Counted from the stretch's first letter, positions 9,834 through 20,734 are shown. The stretch is DNA of 30,878 bases from Gemmatales bacterium (GCA_041640595.1 JBEPZY010000012.1:1-30878); one strand, 5' to 3'. Notes: a model not told the origin generated them from the letters alone. Made by a program: numbers and translations.

Positions 9834-11573
9834 ATGAGCGGGTGTGTCGGCATCATGCTGGTCGCGGCTTACTGGACGGTTTGGCAGCAAACAGGCCCGG
9901 GTCAGGCACCGGAAAAGCCGGTCGCCAAACTGGCAGGCGAGACTCGTCCGAGCCAGCCGGAACGAATCGGTGCCGGCCAGGCGGAGAGCAAGCAATCCCC
10001 GTCCGCGCGGCAGTCCGATCTGCCGGCCCAATTGCCGATGAGCAAATTGAAACCAGCCAGGTTGCAGCCTGGTTTGTCGGTGCTGCATTACCGGATCAGC
10101 ACGAGTTCGCCCTTGTGCCAGCAGTTTTTCGATCAGGGCCTGGCCTACCTTTACAGCTACGTGTGGATGGAGGCGGTGAGGAATTTCGAGACGGCCTTGC
10201 AGTACGACAAAGAATCCGCCATCACCTGGTGGGCCCTGAGCCGAGCCTTGGAGGCCTGGGGCAAGCAAAAAGAGTCCCGGCAGGCGCTGGAGAAAGCCTG
10301 GGAGTTGCGGCACCTGGCCAGTCCCTCCGAACAGCTGTTGATTCAGGCACGGGCTCAGGAAAAAGGATTGCTGCCGGAATTGACCACACCCGAAGCGCGT
10401 CGCCAGGCCGCCATCAATACCATTGACCAGCTGCTCAGCCTGCACGAAGAGGATGAAGAAGCGTGGTTTTACCGAGCCCAGCTGGCCTGCGGCGGGAGAT
10501 TGTTCGGCGGTAACGTCAACGCGGTGCCGTTTTACAAGGCCCTGCTGCGGATCAATCCGTTGCACCCTGGAGCCAATCACGAACTGGTGCATTATTACGA
10601 AAATGCCCGACAACCTGCGCTGGGCTGGGCGGCGAGTGAAAACTACATTGCGAGCTCGCCTGGCATTCCTCATGCCTGGCACATGCAGGCACACCTGGCG
10701 ACGCGGTTGGGGCGGTGGGACCGGGCCAATGCTTCCAGTTCCCGAGCCGTTGCCCTGCAGCATGCCTACCACCGCGACATGGAGGTTCGACCCGCCGAGG
10801 ATCACCAGTACGTGCACCATGTGGAGGTGCTGGCTATATCGCTGGTGCATGACGGGCGATTCCGCGAAGCACGCCAGCTTCGTGATTTGCCAGGCATTAC
10901 CAACAAAAACGCCCCGGTCTGGTTCCGGCTCATGCTGGCCAGCGGCGATTACGCATCGGCCAGAAAGATCGCTGAGGCCAACCGTCGCACGGATAAAGTC
11001 CTGGGAGCGTACCAGTCGGCGCTGACGGCTCTGGCTTGCAATGACCTGGCGCAGGCGGAAGCGGAAATCCACGTTCTCCAGCAGGCGTGGCAAGAAACCC
11101 GTTCCCGCTCCGATTTGCGGTTGAAGCTGCTGGAAACGCGAGGCATTTACCTGTGTCGGCTGGCAGCACGGCAACCGCATGGGCTGGTCAGTCCTTCCGC
11201 GGGACTGGCTTTGCTCGAACAGGCCGTGCGCATCACTCAGGACGATTACCGCCATCACGCCTGGGGCAACGGTGCGTATTACATGGAAATCTGGGGTACC
11301 GAAGCCCTGCGGTTGGGACAATGGGACATCGCCGAGGAAGCTTTCCTGGAAGCACTGGCCCATGATTCCGGCAGTGTCCGGGCAGCGCTCGGTCTGGCTT
11401 ATCTGAAGGAAGAACAGGGCGATCGCATGCTGGCCGAGCGGTATCACCAGCTGGCCCGACGCTTCTGGTCACAAGCGGACGCCGGTCACCTGGAACGTGT
11501 GCAGCAGCATTATCGAGAACTGGCCCAGCAAGGTCGGGCCCTGGTCTCACCCTCCCAAGGAGCCACGCCATGA
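9834..11573 (+). CDS. Secreted TPR-like helical repeat protein with a His-rich conserved region
   Basis: QQFFDQGLAYLYSY..EAVRNFETAL, HPGANHELVHYYE, HAWHMQAH and AEEAFLEALAHD. Hydrophobic N-terminus after ATG 9834 (GAGGTG RBS). Alternative GTG start at 9771. Confidence 0.8.
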   Translation: MSGCVGIMLVAAYWTVWQQTGPGQAPEKPVAKLAGETRPSQPERIGAGQAESKQSPSARQSDLPAQLPMSKLKPARLQPGLSVLHYRISTSSPLCQQFFDQGLAYLYSYVWMEAVRNFETALQYDKESAITWWALSRALEAWGKQKESRQALEKAWELRHLASPSEQLLIQARAQEKGLLPELTTPEARRQAAINTIDQLLSLHEEDEEAWFYRAQLACGGRLFGGNVNAVPFYKALLRINPLHPGANHELVHYYENARQPALGWAASENYIASSPGIPHAWHMQAHLATRLGRWDRANASSSRAVALQHAYHRDMEVRPAEDHQYVHHVEVLAISLVHDGRFREARQLRDLPGITNKNAPVWFRLMLASGDYASARKIAEANRRTDKVLGAYQSALTALACNDLAQAEAEIHVLQQAWQETRSRSDLRLKLLETRGIYLCRLAARQPHGLVSPSAGLALLEQAVRITQDDYRHHAWGNGAYYMEIWGTEALRLGQWDIAEEAFLEALAHDSGSVRAALGLAYLKEEQGDRMLAERYHQLARRFWSQADAGHLERVQQHYRELAQQGRALVSPSQGATP

Positions 11574-12139
11574 AAGAACTTGTGCTGATCACGGCTGCAG
11601 TATGGCTGATAGGCGACACGCCGAGTCCCGGCCCTAAGCCCGGCGAACGGTTACCGCCGTACATGTCCATCGTCAGTCTCGGAGACAAGCGCGGTCAGCA
11701 GCATTGCTTTGTCTGAGAGACAGGCGAGCGGCCAGCGGTGATCGTCTTCGCCCGTCAACCGGACGAACCGCTGGGCCGACTGCTGATCCAGTTGGATCAA
11801 TGGCTGCGGCAGGACAAATCGGCAACGCGACGCATCTGGGTCACGTTTCTTTCCCATCGGCAGCCGCAACTTGACGCACAACTGGTGGACTGGGGAAAAC
11901 GCCTGGGTCTGGCACGATTGCCGGTGAGTATCTTCGAGGATGACCACGGACCACCCGCCTATCGCATTCCCGACGAGGCTGCGGTAGTCGTTGTTTTTGC
12001 CAACAAGCGACGCATTGTCGCCAGCCGACTCTTTTCACGCAAGGAATGGGAGCAGGTCAAACTCGATTCACTGCTGGACGAGATTCGCCGATTCCTGGAA
12101 GCGAATGGTGAGGCGGGATTGCGGCCCGGCCAGAAGTAA
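11570..12139 (+). CDS. Probable selenoprotein (189 aa), CxxU motif, putative thioredoxin/redoxin-like fold, with signal peptide
   Basis: ATG 11570 overlaps the TPR gene stop (ATGA). It reads MKELVLITAAVWLIGDTPSPGPKPGERLPPYMSIVSLGDKRGQQHCFV-TGA(11714-16)-ETGERPAVIVFARQ... in frame with the 11738..12139 ORF. A SECIS-like hairpin follows the TGA. Confidence 0.8.
11719..11756 (+). promoter_or_regulatory. Putative bacterial SECIS hairpin
   Basis: GACAGGCGAG (11719-28) pairs with TTCGCCCGTC (11747-56). Upper stem CGGCCA/TGATCG. The GCGG apical loop begins 18 nt after the UGA. Folded by eye only. Confidence 0.65.
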
Positions 12140-14302
12140 TTGCAATTGCGGCCAACCGGTACCACGGCCCGATGCAGGAGCAGTCCGGCAGCGGTCGAGG
12201 CTGGGAACCAGTCCCGGCACATAGGCAAAACGCAGCACACAGCGATGCTCCTGCGGTTGCAGATCGGCAAAGGTCAACAGTCCCGGCTGGGCTCGCCACA
12301 ACCGTCCCTGCCCATGCTCGAAGTAGCCGGGAAATGGACGGGCCAGTAAATGCCAGCCGGTTTTCGGATCGTGCGCAACTACCCGGACACCCGGCAAGGG
12401 GGTCAGGAAAGCTACGGTGCTTCTTTGCCGCACCAGCAGCCAGCCTATGTTCCAGCGATCCAGTTCGGCCAGCAACTCCGCAGGCGACCAGTCCTGCAAT
12501 CGTTTCTCGCCCAGCCGACTTTCCGCATCTGCAGCCACGAGAGCCAGCCTGGCTGGCGTTATTTGCGTGGGCCGAAGCGGATTGGCGGTGGCTCGGGCGT
12601 GATCTGCCGCGGTTCGGTGTGCGGTGCGCTCCGCCGGGAGACTTTCGGAACTTCGTGCCGGGATCGGCCAGCAACGCCAGCGAAATTCCTGTTGCGCCAG
12701 CGGCGTTTCCCGTGCCAGGCCATTGGCAAACAGCCGACCGCTCCACGCTATAAGCATCGGCGACCAGACCCAGCAGCTCGCATCTTCTTCCACGGCGATG
12801 CGGGCTTCCAAAGTAGTGTGCTGGTTGAGCCAGGCAAGTAACGTGGCCAGCACGCCAGGCGCATCCGTGTCGCCCGGAAACGGGGCATCTTGTTCGGTCG
12901 GGGTTGGCAGGAACGCGGCAGCTGGCCCGGTTGCCGAGGGATGTTCGGTCGCGTCCCGAGCCCAGGCCAGCAACGCCGCCAGGGCGAGCATCGCGGCTAC
13001 GATACGGGCCAGTAATCGCGGTTGCCTAATCGCCGACGGTCGCGATGGTTGATCCGCCGATGGTACCGGTTGCCGATTCCCCGACTGTGAGGATTCAACC
13101 GTGCGTGGCGGAGAATCCGTGGACTCTGTGCCGGCACTGACGGAAGAGCGTTCGTTTGACCGGACGGGGTTTGTCGGGCGAAAAGTCTTCCAGGCGACCA
13201 GAGCCATGCTCACAGGAATCAGCAAAAGCGGAAACAGCAGCCCGACCAGTCGTGCCGGTTGCCACGCTTCCGGTAAAGGCAAGCCGGGACAAAAGCCCAT
13301 TCCCGCCACGACCAGCATGGTGATTAGCCAGGTTCGTCCCGCAGAACGATTTTCCGCCAGGTACCAGCAACCGATACCGGCGGCGGCAACTGGCAGAGCG
13401 AGACGTACCGCTTCCGACCCGTTCTGCACGAAATTCGACGAGCGGGCGAATTGCAACGGCTCATGCCAGTCGAGCAACCACCAGGTATCCAGCAGAGCAC
13501 GCCAACCCGGCCAGTGCAGCACCACGACCGGCAAACTCAAAACCAGCGTCGCCAGATGCCACCCGGCCGATTGTTTGGCACCGATGCGTAAGTACCAGAT
13601 AACTCCCAGCAAAACCACCACCGCGCCCGCCAGCGGATAGACCCACAGCAATAACATCAATGCGAGCGTGGCGGTGAGGGCAACCGTCAACCCGGCGCCA
13701 TTCTGCCAGGCACACCATCCGGCCACGATCACCGGAACCAGTCCGCTGGCCGCGAGCAGGTCCAGGTCGCCCTGGGCCAGCCAGATTTGTCCCGGTTGCA
13801 ACCAGAACATCCAGCCACACAGAACGAAGCTCATCCAGGCCGCGGCAAAACTTCCTCCGAACCACCAGCCCGCCAGCCACCACAACCAGGGCAATGCCAG
13901 TAGCGTTATCAGCAGCCCCAGTTTGTAAGCCGACCAGCTATGTTCTGCTGCCAGCCAGACCGTCGCCAGTCGCCCGCGGGCTTCCCACCACGGTGTCACC
14001 AGATAGCCGCCGTAAACCATCGGGTCCCAGACCACCGGTCGCCACGGTGCCAACCCCAACCGACCCTGGTACCAGTGTCGCGGATGCTCTCCTGCGTACA
14101 ACGGCTGTTCCTCGTTCCACAACCGTAATAACTCCGCCGGCGAGTGCCGACAGGCTTCCCGGCAACGCTCAACCACTGGCCGAACATCCGCAGCCACAAT
14201 CCAGTGCAACGCCAGCCACGACCAGAGCGTCCAGACCGCACCTCCCACAGCCACGTGTATCGCTACACGCCCGAAGCGGCTTTGCCCAAGCGAGCTTGGC
14301 AT
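12068..14302 (-). CDS. Polytopic membrane protein with a C-terminal soluble domain (possibly GT-C-like glycosyltransferase)
   Basis: 744-aa ORF with many hydrophobic Trp/Leu/Ala-rich segments, a WDPMVYGGY loop and C-terminal ELDRWNIGWLLV. AAGG RBS. The family assignment is tentative. Confidence 0.65.
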   Translation of the reverse strand: MPSSLGQSRFGRVAIHVAVGGAVWTLWSWLALHWIVAADVRPVVERCREACRHSPAELLRLWNEEQPLYAGEHPRHWYQGRLGLAPWRPVVWDPMVYGGYLVTPWWEARGRLATVWLAAEHSWSAYKLGLLITLLALPWLWWLAGWWFGGSFAAAWMSFVLCGWMFWLQPGQIWLAQGDLDLLAASGLVPVIVAGWCAWQNGAGLTVALTATLALMLLLWVYPLAGAVVVLLGVIWYLRIGAKQSAGWHLATLVLSLPVVVLHWPGWRALLDTWWLLDWHEPLQFARSSNFVQNGSEAVRLALPVAAAGIGCWYLAENRSAGRTWLITMLVVAGMGFCPGLPLPEAWQPARLVGLLFPLLLIPVSMALVAWKTFRPTNPVRSNERSSVSAGTESTDSPPRTVESSQSGNRQPVPSADQPSRPSAIRQPRLLARIVAAMLALAALLAWARDATEHPSATGPAAAFLPTPTEQDAPFPGDTDAPGVLATLLAWLNQHTTLEARIAVEEDASCWVWSPMLIAWSGRLFANGLARETPLAQQEFRWRCWPIPARSSESLPAERTAHRTAADHARATANPLRPTQITPARLALVAADAESRLGEKRLQDWSPAELLAELDRWNIGWLLVRQRSTVAFLTPLPGVRVVAHDPKTGWHLLARPFPGYFEHGQGRLWRAQPGLLTFADLQPQEHRCVLRFAYVPGLVPSLDRCRTAPASGRGTGWPQLQLLLAGPQSRLTIRFQESANLVQQ

Positions 14303-14380
14303 ATCCTTGCCTTTTCAAAATCCCTGACCCGCGAAATCGGCGGCAGCGCAGCAAATTCCGGAGCCAGGCGAGCCGCCGGT

Positions 14381-14487
14381 GTCGGCGAAAGTGCCGCCAC
14401 GATTGGCAGCCACTAAGAGCTTCAACCAGTCGCCAGCTTTCGCGCTATGGCTGTAGTCGGCGAAAGTGCCGTCCTGATGGGCAGCCA
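14381..14487. repeat. 32-bp direct repeat pair (4 mismatches), 75-bp period
   Basis: GTCGGCGAAAGTGCCG...GGCAGCCA at 14381 and 14456. Confidence 0.75.
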
Positions 14488-14499
14488 TGCGGCAAATTC

Positions 14500-14770
14500 T
14501 CGGGCATCATTTCCTATACCACGCCGCCCACCGATCGTTCAACCTCGTCCACCATGCCGACCTTGTTCTGGCGCGCTGTTCCTGCACCATGCAGGCCGCC
14601 GACCTTTCAACCTCGCGCACGACGCCGAGCGGCTCCGATCTGGCCCGGCATCGGTTGCATAATCATGCCGTCCTCCGAGCTTTCAACGTCGCGCACGAGG
14701 CCGACCGGCTCCGATCTGGCACGGCATGTGTTCCTATACCACGCCGGGCATCAATCCTTCAATCCCGAAA
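14500..14770. repeat. Degenerate tandem repeat, ~67-76-bp period, 4 copies
   Basis: TTCAA(C/T)-centred units near 14538, 14606, 14682 and 14758. GGCTCCGATCTGGC(C/A)CGGCAT and TTCCTATACCACGCCG each occur twice. Confidence 0.7.
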
Positions 14771-15042
14771 CGCACAGCAACGCACCGGCAAGCCGATCCG
14801 CCCGGCGTCTGCCACCGCGCTTGACCCCGTCAACCTCGCCAAAGCCTGCGGGCTGGAGTCAAAACGCGAAGGCCGGCCCAAGTAAGCACTCTTCCCACCA
14901 AAATCGCCTGCCGTGAACCCGCACTGCCGATGCTGTCAGGAAACCCGGTCCTACCAGGGTCAGTTGCCGTAAGCCGGCCACGGACAGCCCGACCACTTTG
15001 CGATGGCAAACGCAGCTGTGCATGGGCATGCGTGCGTGCAAC

Positions 15043-16159
15043 CAGGAGCGGCTGGCGTTAGCCAGCCGTGCGACGAATAGCGTGCTTATGGATACGAAAC
15101 GCACACTTGCACCCGCATCCGCGCTTCCAACCAGGAGCGGCTGGCGTTAGCCAGCCGTGGTATCGGAAACGCGCTTGCAGCAGCAACACCGCAATGGTGG
15201 CAAGGAGGCGACGGGTCGGTGGTCTGTGCACGAACACCGTTGCAATCGCGTTACCATACCACGGCGGGCTCACGCCCGCCGCTCCTCGGTCGGGTGTCGT
15301 CGGTCCGGGAACGATGTTCGATTTTCGCGGTACAGCCATCGGTATAACCACCCACGGCGGGCTGACGCCCGCCGCTCCTGTGAACGTGCGTTCGTGCATC
15401 GCAAAAGGCGCTTTTCCGCGGGCGAGCGATCGTCCAACAATCAAGAGCGGGGGGGCGTTAGCCCCCGTGGAATGCACTCCGCATGCGAACTCATCAACTT
15501 CGACGCATTCCACGTGGAGGCGCCAAGGGCTTTAGACCCCGCGCAATGCACTCCGTGCATGCGAACGCGAAATGCGGAAATTCGTCGCATTGCAATTGCA
15601 GACGCGGTTTACAAACCCACGGTGGGCTTACGCCCGCCGCTCTTGTGAACGTGCGTCTGTCCATCGGGAATGGCACTTTATGCAGTGCACGAACGTCGTG
15701 CTCCGAGAGCGGTCGGCGTAAGCCGACCGTGGAAAATGTCCGCGATTGCACCGGCGTCGGTGAACCACGGCGGGCTAACGCCCGCCGCTCCTGTGAACGT
15801 GCGTTCGTGCATCGCAAAAATCGCTTTTTCGACGGCAGACGTTCGCACCGAAACACAAGAGCGGGGGGCGTAAGCCCCCCGTGGTTTCGCAAACGCGCTT
15901 ACAAGCGCGTTTCCAGCACATTACGGACAACGTTCGCCCGACCACACCCACGGCGGGCTGACGCATGGCACTGTTCCTCGAGCGTGCGGTAGTTGCCGAG
16001 CAATGCTCGGTTTTTGCGGCACGGCATCGGCATCATCTGCCCACGGCGGGCTTACGCCCGCCGCTCTTGTTCGTCCGTTCGTCGGTCGCGGGACGATGCT
16101 CGATTCTCTCGGTACAGCGTCGGTATGGCGAGCCACCGTAGGCTGACGCCCGCCGCTCG
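15043..16159. repeat. REP/REPIN-like palindrome array 3
   Basis: More than ten hairpins of the same family, including stem variants CGGCTGGC/GCCAGCCG and CGGTCGGC/GCCGACCG. Ends just after the acnA stop. Confidence 0.9.
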
Positions 16160-16170
16160 TGATGCGCGGT

Positions 16171-18906
16171 TTACCTCGGCAGGAGTTGCCGGAGGACGTA
16201 ATGGAGAATGCCGCCGTGCTGGTAGTACTGGGCCTCGCGCGGCGTATCAATGCGTACCAAAGCGTGGAAGGAAAACGTGCTGCCATCGCTGCGGTGCACC
16301 CGGACGGTGCAGGTGCGGTTGGGCGTGAACGGTTCCTGGAAAACCTGCGCCAATCCGAGCAGATCGTAAACCTCCTCGCCGGTCAGGCCCAAAGTGGCGG
16401 CGTTCTGTCCGGGCAGGAACTGCAAGGGGAGGATGCCCATGCCGACAAGGTTGCTGCGGTGGATGCGTTCAAAACTTTCGGCCAGCACGGCCCGCACGCC
16501 GAGCAGACGCGGCCCTTTAGCCGCCCAATCCCGCGACGAACCGGAGCCGTATTCCTTGCCCGCGATCACTAGTAGCGGCACATTTTCGAGCCGGTAACGC
16601 TCGGCCGCCTCGAAAATGGTCATCACCGTGCCGTCGGGGAAATGTCGCGTCCAGCCTCCTTCCTGGCCAGGCACCAGACGGTTTTTCAGGCGCACATTGG
16701 CAAACGTCCCACGCACCATGACTTCGTGGTTTCCGCGGCGAGCGCCATAGGAATTGAACTCCTGCACTGGTACGCCCCGCTCCAGCAAATACTTTCCTGC
16801 CGGGCTGTCCGGCGGAATAGACCCGGCCGGCGAAATGTGATCCGTGGTGATACTGTCGCCGAGAAAACACAACACCCGCAGTCCCAGCAAATCTTTGACC
16901 GACTCCGAAAGGTTCTGGAAAAGCGGCTGGTGAGCGGCATGGGCGGCAAGCAGGTCATCGAAATACGGCGGGCGTTTCACGTAGGTGGAGCGTTCGTCCC
17001 ACACAAAAAGTTCGCCCTGCGGGGCCGGTAAGCTTTGCCAGCGTTCATCCCCGGCGAATAAACTGCCATACTCCCGCTCATAAATGTCCCGACGGTGATA
17101 GCGGCGGAGAATTTCGTCAATCTCCTGGGGTTGCGGCCAGAGGTCGCGCAGATAAACCGGCTGACCGTTTCGATCTTTGCCGATGGGTTCGGTGGTCAAA
17201 TCGAGGTCAATCCGTCCGGCCAGGGCATAGGCCACCACCAGCGGCGGGGACATCAGATAATTAGCCCGCACCAGCGGATGAATTCGCCCCTCGAAATTGC
17301 GGTTGCCGCTCAACACCGCCACCACAACCAGACCTTTACTCTCGATCTCGCGTGCTACCGGTTCGGGCAGCGGGCCACTGTTGCCGATACACGTCGTGCA
17401 TCCGTAGCCGACCAGATGGAACCGCAACTGTTCCAGATAGTCGAGCAGTCCGGACTCCCGCAGATACTGAGTAACCACCTTGGAGCCCGGGGCGAGGCTG
17501 GTTTTCACCCACGCCGGAACTTGCAAACCTCGTTCGACGGCTTTCTTGGCCAGCAATCCCGCTCCCACCAGCACCGAAGGATTGGAGGTGTTGGTGCAGC
17601 TGGTGATGGCGGCAATCACCACCGAACCATGGGTGAGTTGTCCGTTGCTGGTGGCGGAGAATTCGGCGGTAGTGGCAGGCGCTTTTTTCCTGGCAGCGCT
17701 GAGCAAATTGGGCAGGGCCTGACGGAACGACCTGGCCGCTTCTCGCAAAGCGACGCGATCCTGCGGCCGACTCGGCCCGGCGACGCTTGGCTCGACAGTG
17801 GACAGGTCCAGTTCCAGCACCTGCGAATAGCGGGCAGGCGGTTGGTCCGGTGTGGCAAACAGACCCTGCTCCTTCGCGTATGCTTCCACCAGAGCAATCA
17901 ACCAGTCCGGTCGGCCCGTCAATCGCAAATAGCGCAGCGTCTCGTGGTCGAGCGGAAACAATCCGCAGGTCGCTCCGTATTCAGGAGCCATGTTGGCGAT
18001 GGTGGCGCGATCGGCGACCGGCAACGAAGCCACTCCTTCTCCGAAAAACTCCACGAATTTGCCCACCACACCGTGCTGCCGCAATCGCTGCGTGATGGTG
18101 AGCACCAGATCGGTAGCAGTGGCTCCTGGGGCCAGCGTGCCCGTCAGCCGAAAGCCGACTACCTGCGGCAGCAACATGGACACAGGTTGACCGAGCATTG
18201 CCGCCTCGGCTTCGATTCCCCCGACACCCCAACCGAGCACACCCAGCCCGTTGATCATCGTGGTGTGGGAATCGGTGCCCACCAGGGTATCCGGATAAGC
18301 CAGCCACTGACCGTCTCGCTGTTCGGCAAAAATGACGCGAGCCAGCGCCTCCAGGTTGACCTGATGCACAATGCCTGTTTGTGGCGGAACGACGCGAAAA
18401 TTCTCAAAGGCCTGCTGACCCCAGCGCAGGAAAACGTAGCGTTCCCGATTGCGCTGATATTCCAGGTCGGAATTGATCTGCCAGGCTTGCGGCTGGCCGA
18501 ACGCATCTACCTGCACGGAATGGTCAATGACCAGCTCCACCGGTTGCAGAGGATTGACCCGCCGCGGATCGCCGCCCAGCCGAGCCACTGCTTCGCGCAT
18601 CGCCGCCAGGTCCACCACTGCCGGGACACCGGTGAAATCCTGCAACAATACCCGCGCTGGATAAAACGCAATCTCGCGCTGCGGTTCGGCAGACGGATCC
18701 CACTGTGCCACGGCAGCAATATCGTCGGCCCGCACGGTGACGCCATCCTCATGCCGCAGCAGATTCTCCAGCAAAATCTTCAGGCTCCACGGCAAGCGAG
18801 CCACCTCCGGGTACACCCGCTCGACTGCCGCCAGCCGATAAATCTCGTATTCCCTGTCCCCGACTCGCAAGCTCCCGCGAGCACGAAAGCTGTCCGCCAT
18901 TGCCAT
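16171..18906 (-). CDS. acnA: Aconitate hydratase A
   Basis: [57 protein letters not shown] and [21 protein letters not shown]. Confidence 0.98.
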   Translation of the reverse strand: MAMADSFRARGSLRVGDREYEIYRLAAVERVYPEVARLPWSLKILLENLLRHEDGVTVRADDIAAVAQWDPSAEPQREIAFYPARVLLQDFTGVPAVVDLAAMREAVARLGGDPRRVNPLQPVELVIDHSVQVDAFGQPQAWQINSDLEYQRNRERYVFLRWGQQAFENFRVVPPQTGIVHQVNLEALARVIFAEQRDGQWLAYPDTLVGTDSHTTMINGLGVLGWGVGGIEAEAAMLGQPVSMLLPQVVGFRLTGTLAPGATATDLVLTITQRLRQHGVVGKFVEFFGEGVASLPVADRATIANMAPEYGATCGLFPLDHETLRYLRLTGRPDWLIALVEAYAKEQGLFATPDQPPARYSQVLELDLSTVEPSVAGPSRPQDRVALREAARSFRQALPNLLSAARKKAPATTAEFSATSNGQLTHGSVVIAAITSCTNTSNPSVLVGAGLLAKKAVERGLQVPAWVKTSLAPGSKVVTQYLRESGLLDYLEQLRFHLVGYGCTTCIGNSGPLPEPVAREIESKGLVVVAVLSGNRNFEGRIHPLVRANYLMSPPLVVAYALAGRIDLDLTTEPIGKDRNGQPVYLRDLWPQPQEIDEILRRYHRRDIYEREYGSLFAGDERWQSLPAPQGELFVWDERSTYVKRPPYFDDLLAAHAAHQPLFQNLSESVKDLLGLRVLCFLGDSITTDHISPAGSIPPDSPAGKYLLERGVPVQEFNSYGARRGNHEVMVRGTFANVRLKNRLVPGQEGGWTRHFPDGTVMTIFEAAERYRLENVPLLVIAGKEYGSGSSRDWAAKGPRLLGVRAVLAESFERIHRSNLVGMGILPLQFLPGQNAATLGLTGEEVYDLLGLAQVFQEPFTPNRTCTVRVHRSDGSTFSFHALVRIDTPREAQYYQHGGILHYVLRQLLPR

Positions 18907-19004
18907 TCGCTCCTTCGTGGTTCGAGTGCCGGCTCAGCTACCATGAATGACGGGTCAGGCGACTCGCCATCTCCAAGCTGCTGCCGGACTGTTATCCATG
19001 TTAG

Positions 19005-19104
19005 CATACGCCAGCGCCCGCAAGACGGCACGAAACGCCCCAAGCAAACTCCGCGTTGGGAGATCCATCGCAACATACGCCAGCGCCCCCGGACGGCACG
19101 AAAC
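19005..19104. repeat. ~32-bp direct repeat pair separated by a 37-bp spacer
   Basis: CATACGCCAGCGCCC...GACGGCACGAAAC at 19005 and 19074. Confidence 0.75.
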
Positions 19105-19261
19105 ACTGCCCGTCGCACTGCGGGACACCAGCTGCCGTTACTTTTTATTGCAACCGACATGCCCAGCGCTGATACCCACGATAGAACCAGCTGCACTCCT
19201 GAACCAACAAAGACAACAGTGCCATGCATCAGACCGCTGCGGATCCAGAAATGCCGGGTCG

Positions 19262-20734
19262 TTAGTGCCGAAAGACGGTCTGGCCGCCGACTTGAATGGC
19301 CGGGGTAACCGCAACGGCCTGGGCAGCGATCAGGGCCAGCGCGAAGGCAACCGCTAAATCGTCGGCCTGTCCCGCCGGAGCACGCAGGGTGCTTCCCTCG
19401 ATGCTGGCGAGTTGTTCCAGTGTGCGGCGATGGTGAAGCCGACACCGGCCCAGGCGGAGATGTTCGGCCAGGTTCGTCCACAATTGCGCTTTGCTGGCGG
19501 TAGTGGTAAGCCAGCCAGGTCGGCCATCGGGACCCGGTACCAGGGGCGGTAATGGTGGATGCAGAAAACCCCGGCCACTCTGTTCCATCCACCAGAGCAA
19601 TACGGCGTGTCCGTGTTGATTGCGTTCGATAAGGACAGGTGCCTGACAGTACCACTGTGCCAGCCCCGCGAGCCGATCGGCAAAGACGGCGGGTTCCGCA
19701 CGACCGCAAAGCACCGCCACTTCTTCGCACGTTTCCGCATCCACAACCACCGCTGCGGAGTCGTCGCTGTGAGGATTGCCTTCTGCTGGGTCGGCACCGA
19801 TCACATACCGGCGGCGGGGTTGCGGCAGGCGATACACCGTCAGCTGCGAACCAAACTGGTCGGAAGGGATTGGCCCAGCCTGACCGATCGGAGCCAGTTC
19901 TTCGTAGCAGGCCAGCAACCAGGCCAGGGGAAACCGTTTTTCACTCTGCCGCGGTGCCAGGGCTTCGGCTTCGTGGGCGGGATATTGCTCATACAGTTCG
20001 TCCAGCGAGCCGGTGCGGGCGAGAATATCCCGACGCATGGCCGCATACCATGCCTCGTCCCGATCCGGTCGTGCCGTCCAGGGCAGAAAAACGGCGTGCC
20101 AGTCCGTCTCGCCTTGCCTGGCCTGCTGGTAGAGGCGTTGGAAAGGACTATTCGGGTGGGATTTGTTGACGCGGGAAAGCACCACGATCTGCCCACCGGC
20201 ATCAATGGTGGGTTTGACACTGCGGAGCAAACGCTCCAGATCGGGCACAAGATCGGCTTCATCGAGGATGGCCAGACTGGCGGTGTAACTGTCGCCGGCA
20301 TTACTGGGAAATGCCCGGGCAACCGATCCGTTGGCCAGCATCCAGCAATCGCTTGCCTGCCGTACTGCTTCCGGCAACCGCATCCAATCGGGCAGCCGGC
20401 GAAACATGCCGCGCAGCCGTTCCTCACCGAGCAGGTATTCGGCCTCCTCCTGCCGGCGGGAAAAAATAAGCACAGTTGCCGACGGATGAAAAAGCATCCG
20501 CCACAGCGCGTATCCCAGCACCAGCCAGGATAAACCCAGCTGCCGCGCTTTGAGGATGACGACCTGGCGATAGCGAAGCAGATCGTCGGCGACCTGCCAT
20601 TGCGCTGGCCAGAGGCGAAACCGCAACCAGTCCCGCCGGACGGCATCGTAAATCCAGCCGTACTCGCAAAGGAAATACTGAAGCGAACGGCGACACTTGC
20701 GTGTTTCCGCGAGGATGTGCTGTTTGCTCAACAT
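19262..20734 (-). CDS. Phage terminase large subunit-like protein
   Basis: LWPAQ adenine-binding motif, VVILKARQLGLS (Walker A), AILDEA (Walker B), and an RNase-H-like nuclease with YVIGADPAEG..DDSAA, IERN.HG and DDLAVAFALA. GGAGG RBS. Confidence 0.9.
   Translation of the reverse strand: MLSKQHILAETRKCRRSLQYFLCEYGWIYDAVRRDWLRFRLWPAQWQVADDLLRYRQVVILKARQLGLSWLVLGYALWRMLFHPSATVLIFSRRQEEAEYLLGEERLRGMFRRLPDWMRLPEAVRQASDCWMLANGSVARAFPSNAGDSYTASLAILDEADLVPDLERLLRSVKPTIDAGGQIVVLSRVNKSHPNSPFQRLYQQARQGETDWHAVFLPWTARPDRDEAWYAAMRRDILARTGSLDELYEQYPAHEAEALAPRQSEKRFPLAWLLACYEELAPIGQAGPIPSDQFGSQLTVYRLPQPRRRYVIGADPAEGNPHSDDSAAVVVDAETCEEVAVLCGRAEPAVFADRLAGLAQWYCQAPVLIERNQHGHAVLLWWMEQSGRGFLHPPLPPLVPGPDGRPGWLTTTASKAQLWTNLAEHLRLGRCRLHHRRTLEQLASIEGSTLRAPAGQADDLAVAFALALIAAQAVAVTPAIQVGGQTVFRH

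Noticed and set aside
9555..11447. 630-aa minus-strand ORF
   Set aside because: Antisense shadow of the TPR gene.
11738..12139. 133-aa ORF with GTG start as the real gene
   Set aside because: The GTG sits inside the SECIS-like hairpin and would leave the coupled upstream 48 codons unexplained. Read-through from 11570 fits better.
17095..19308. 737-aa plus-strand ORF
   Set aside because: Antisense shadow of acnA, typical of high-GC codon usage, with no recognisable motifs.
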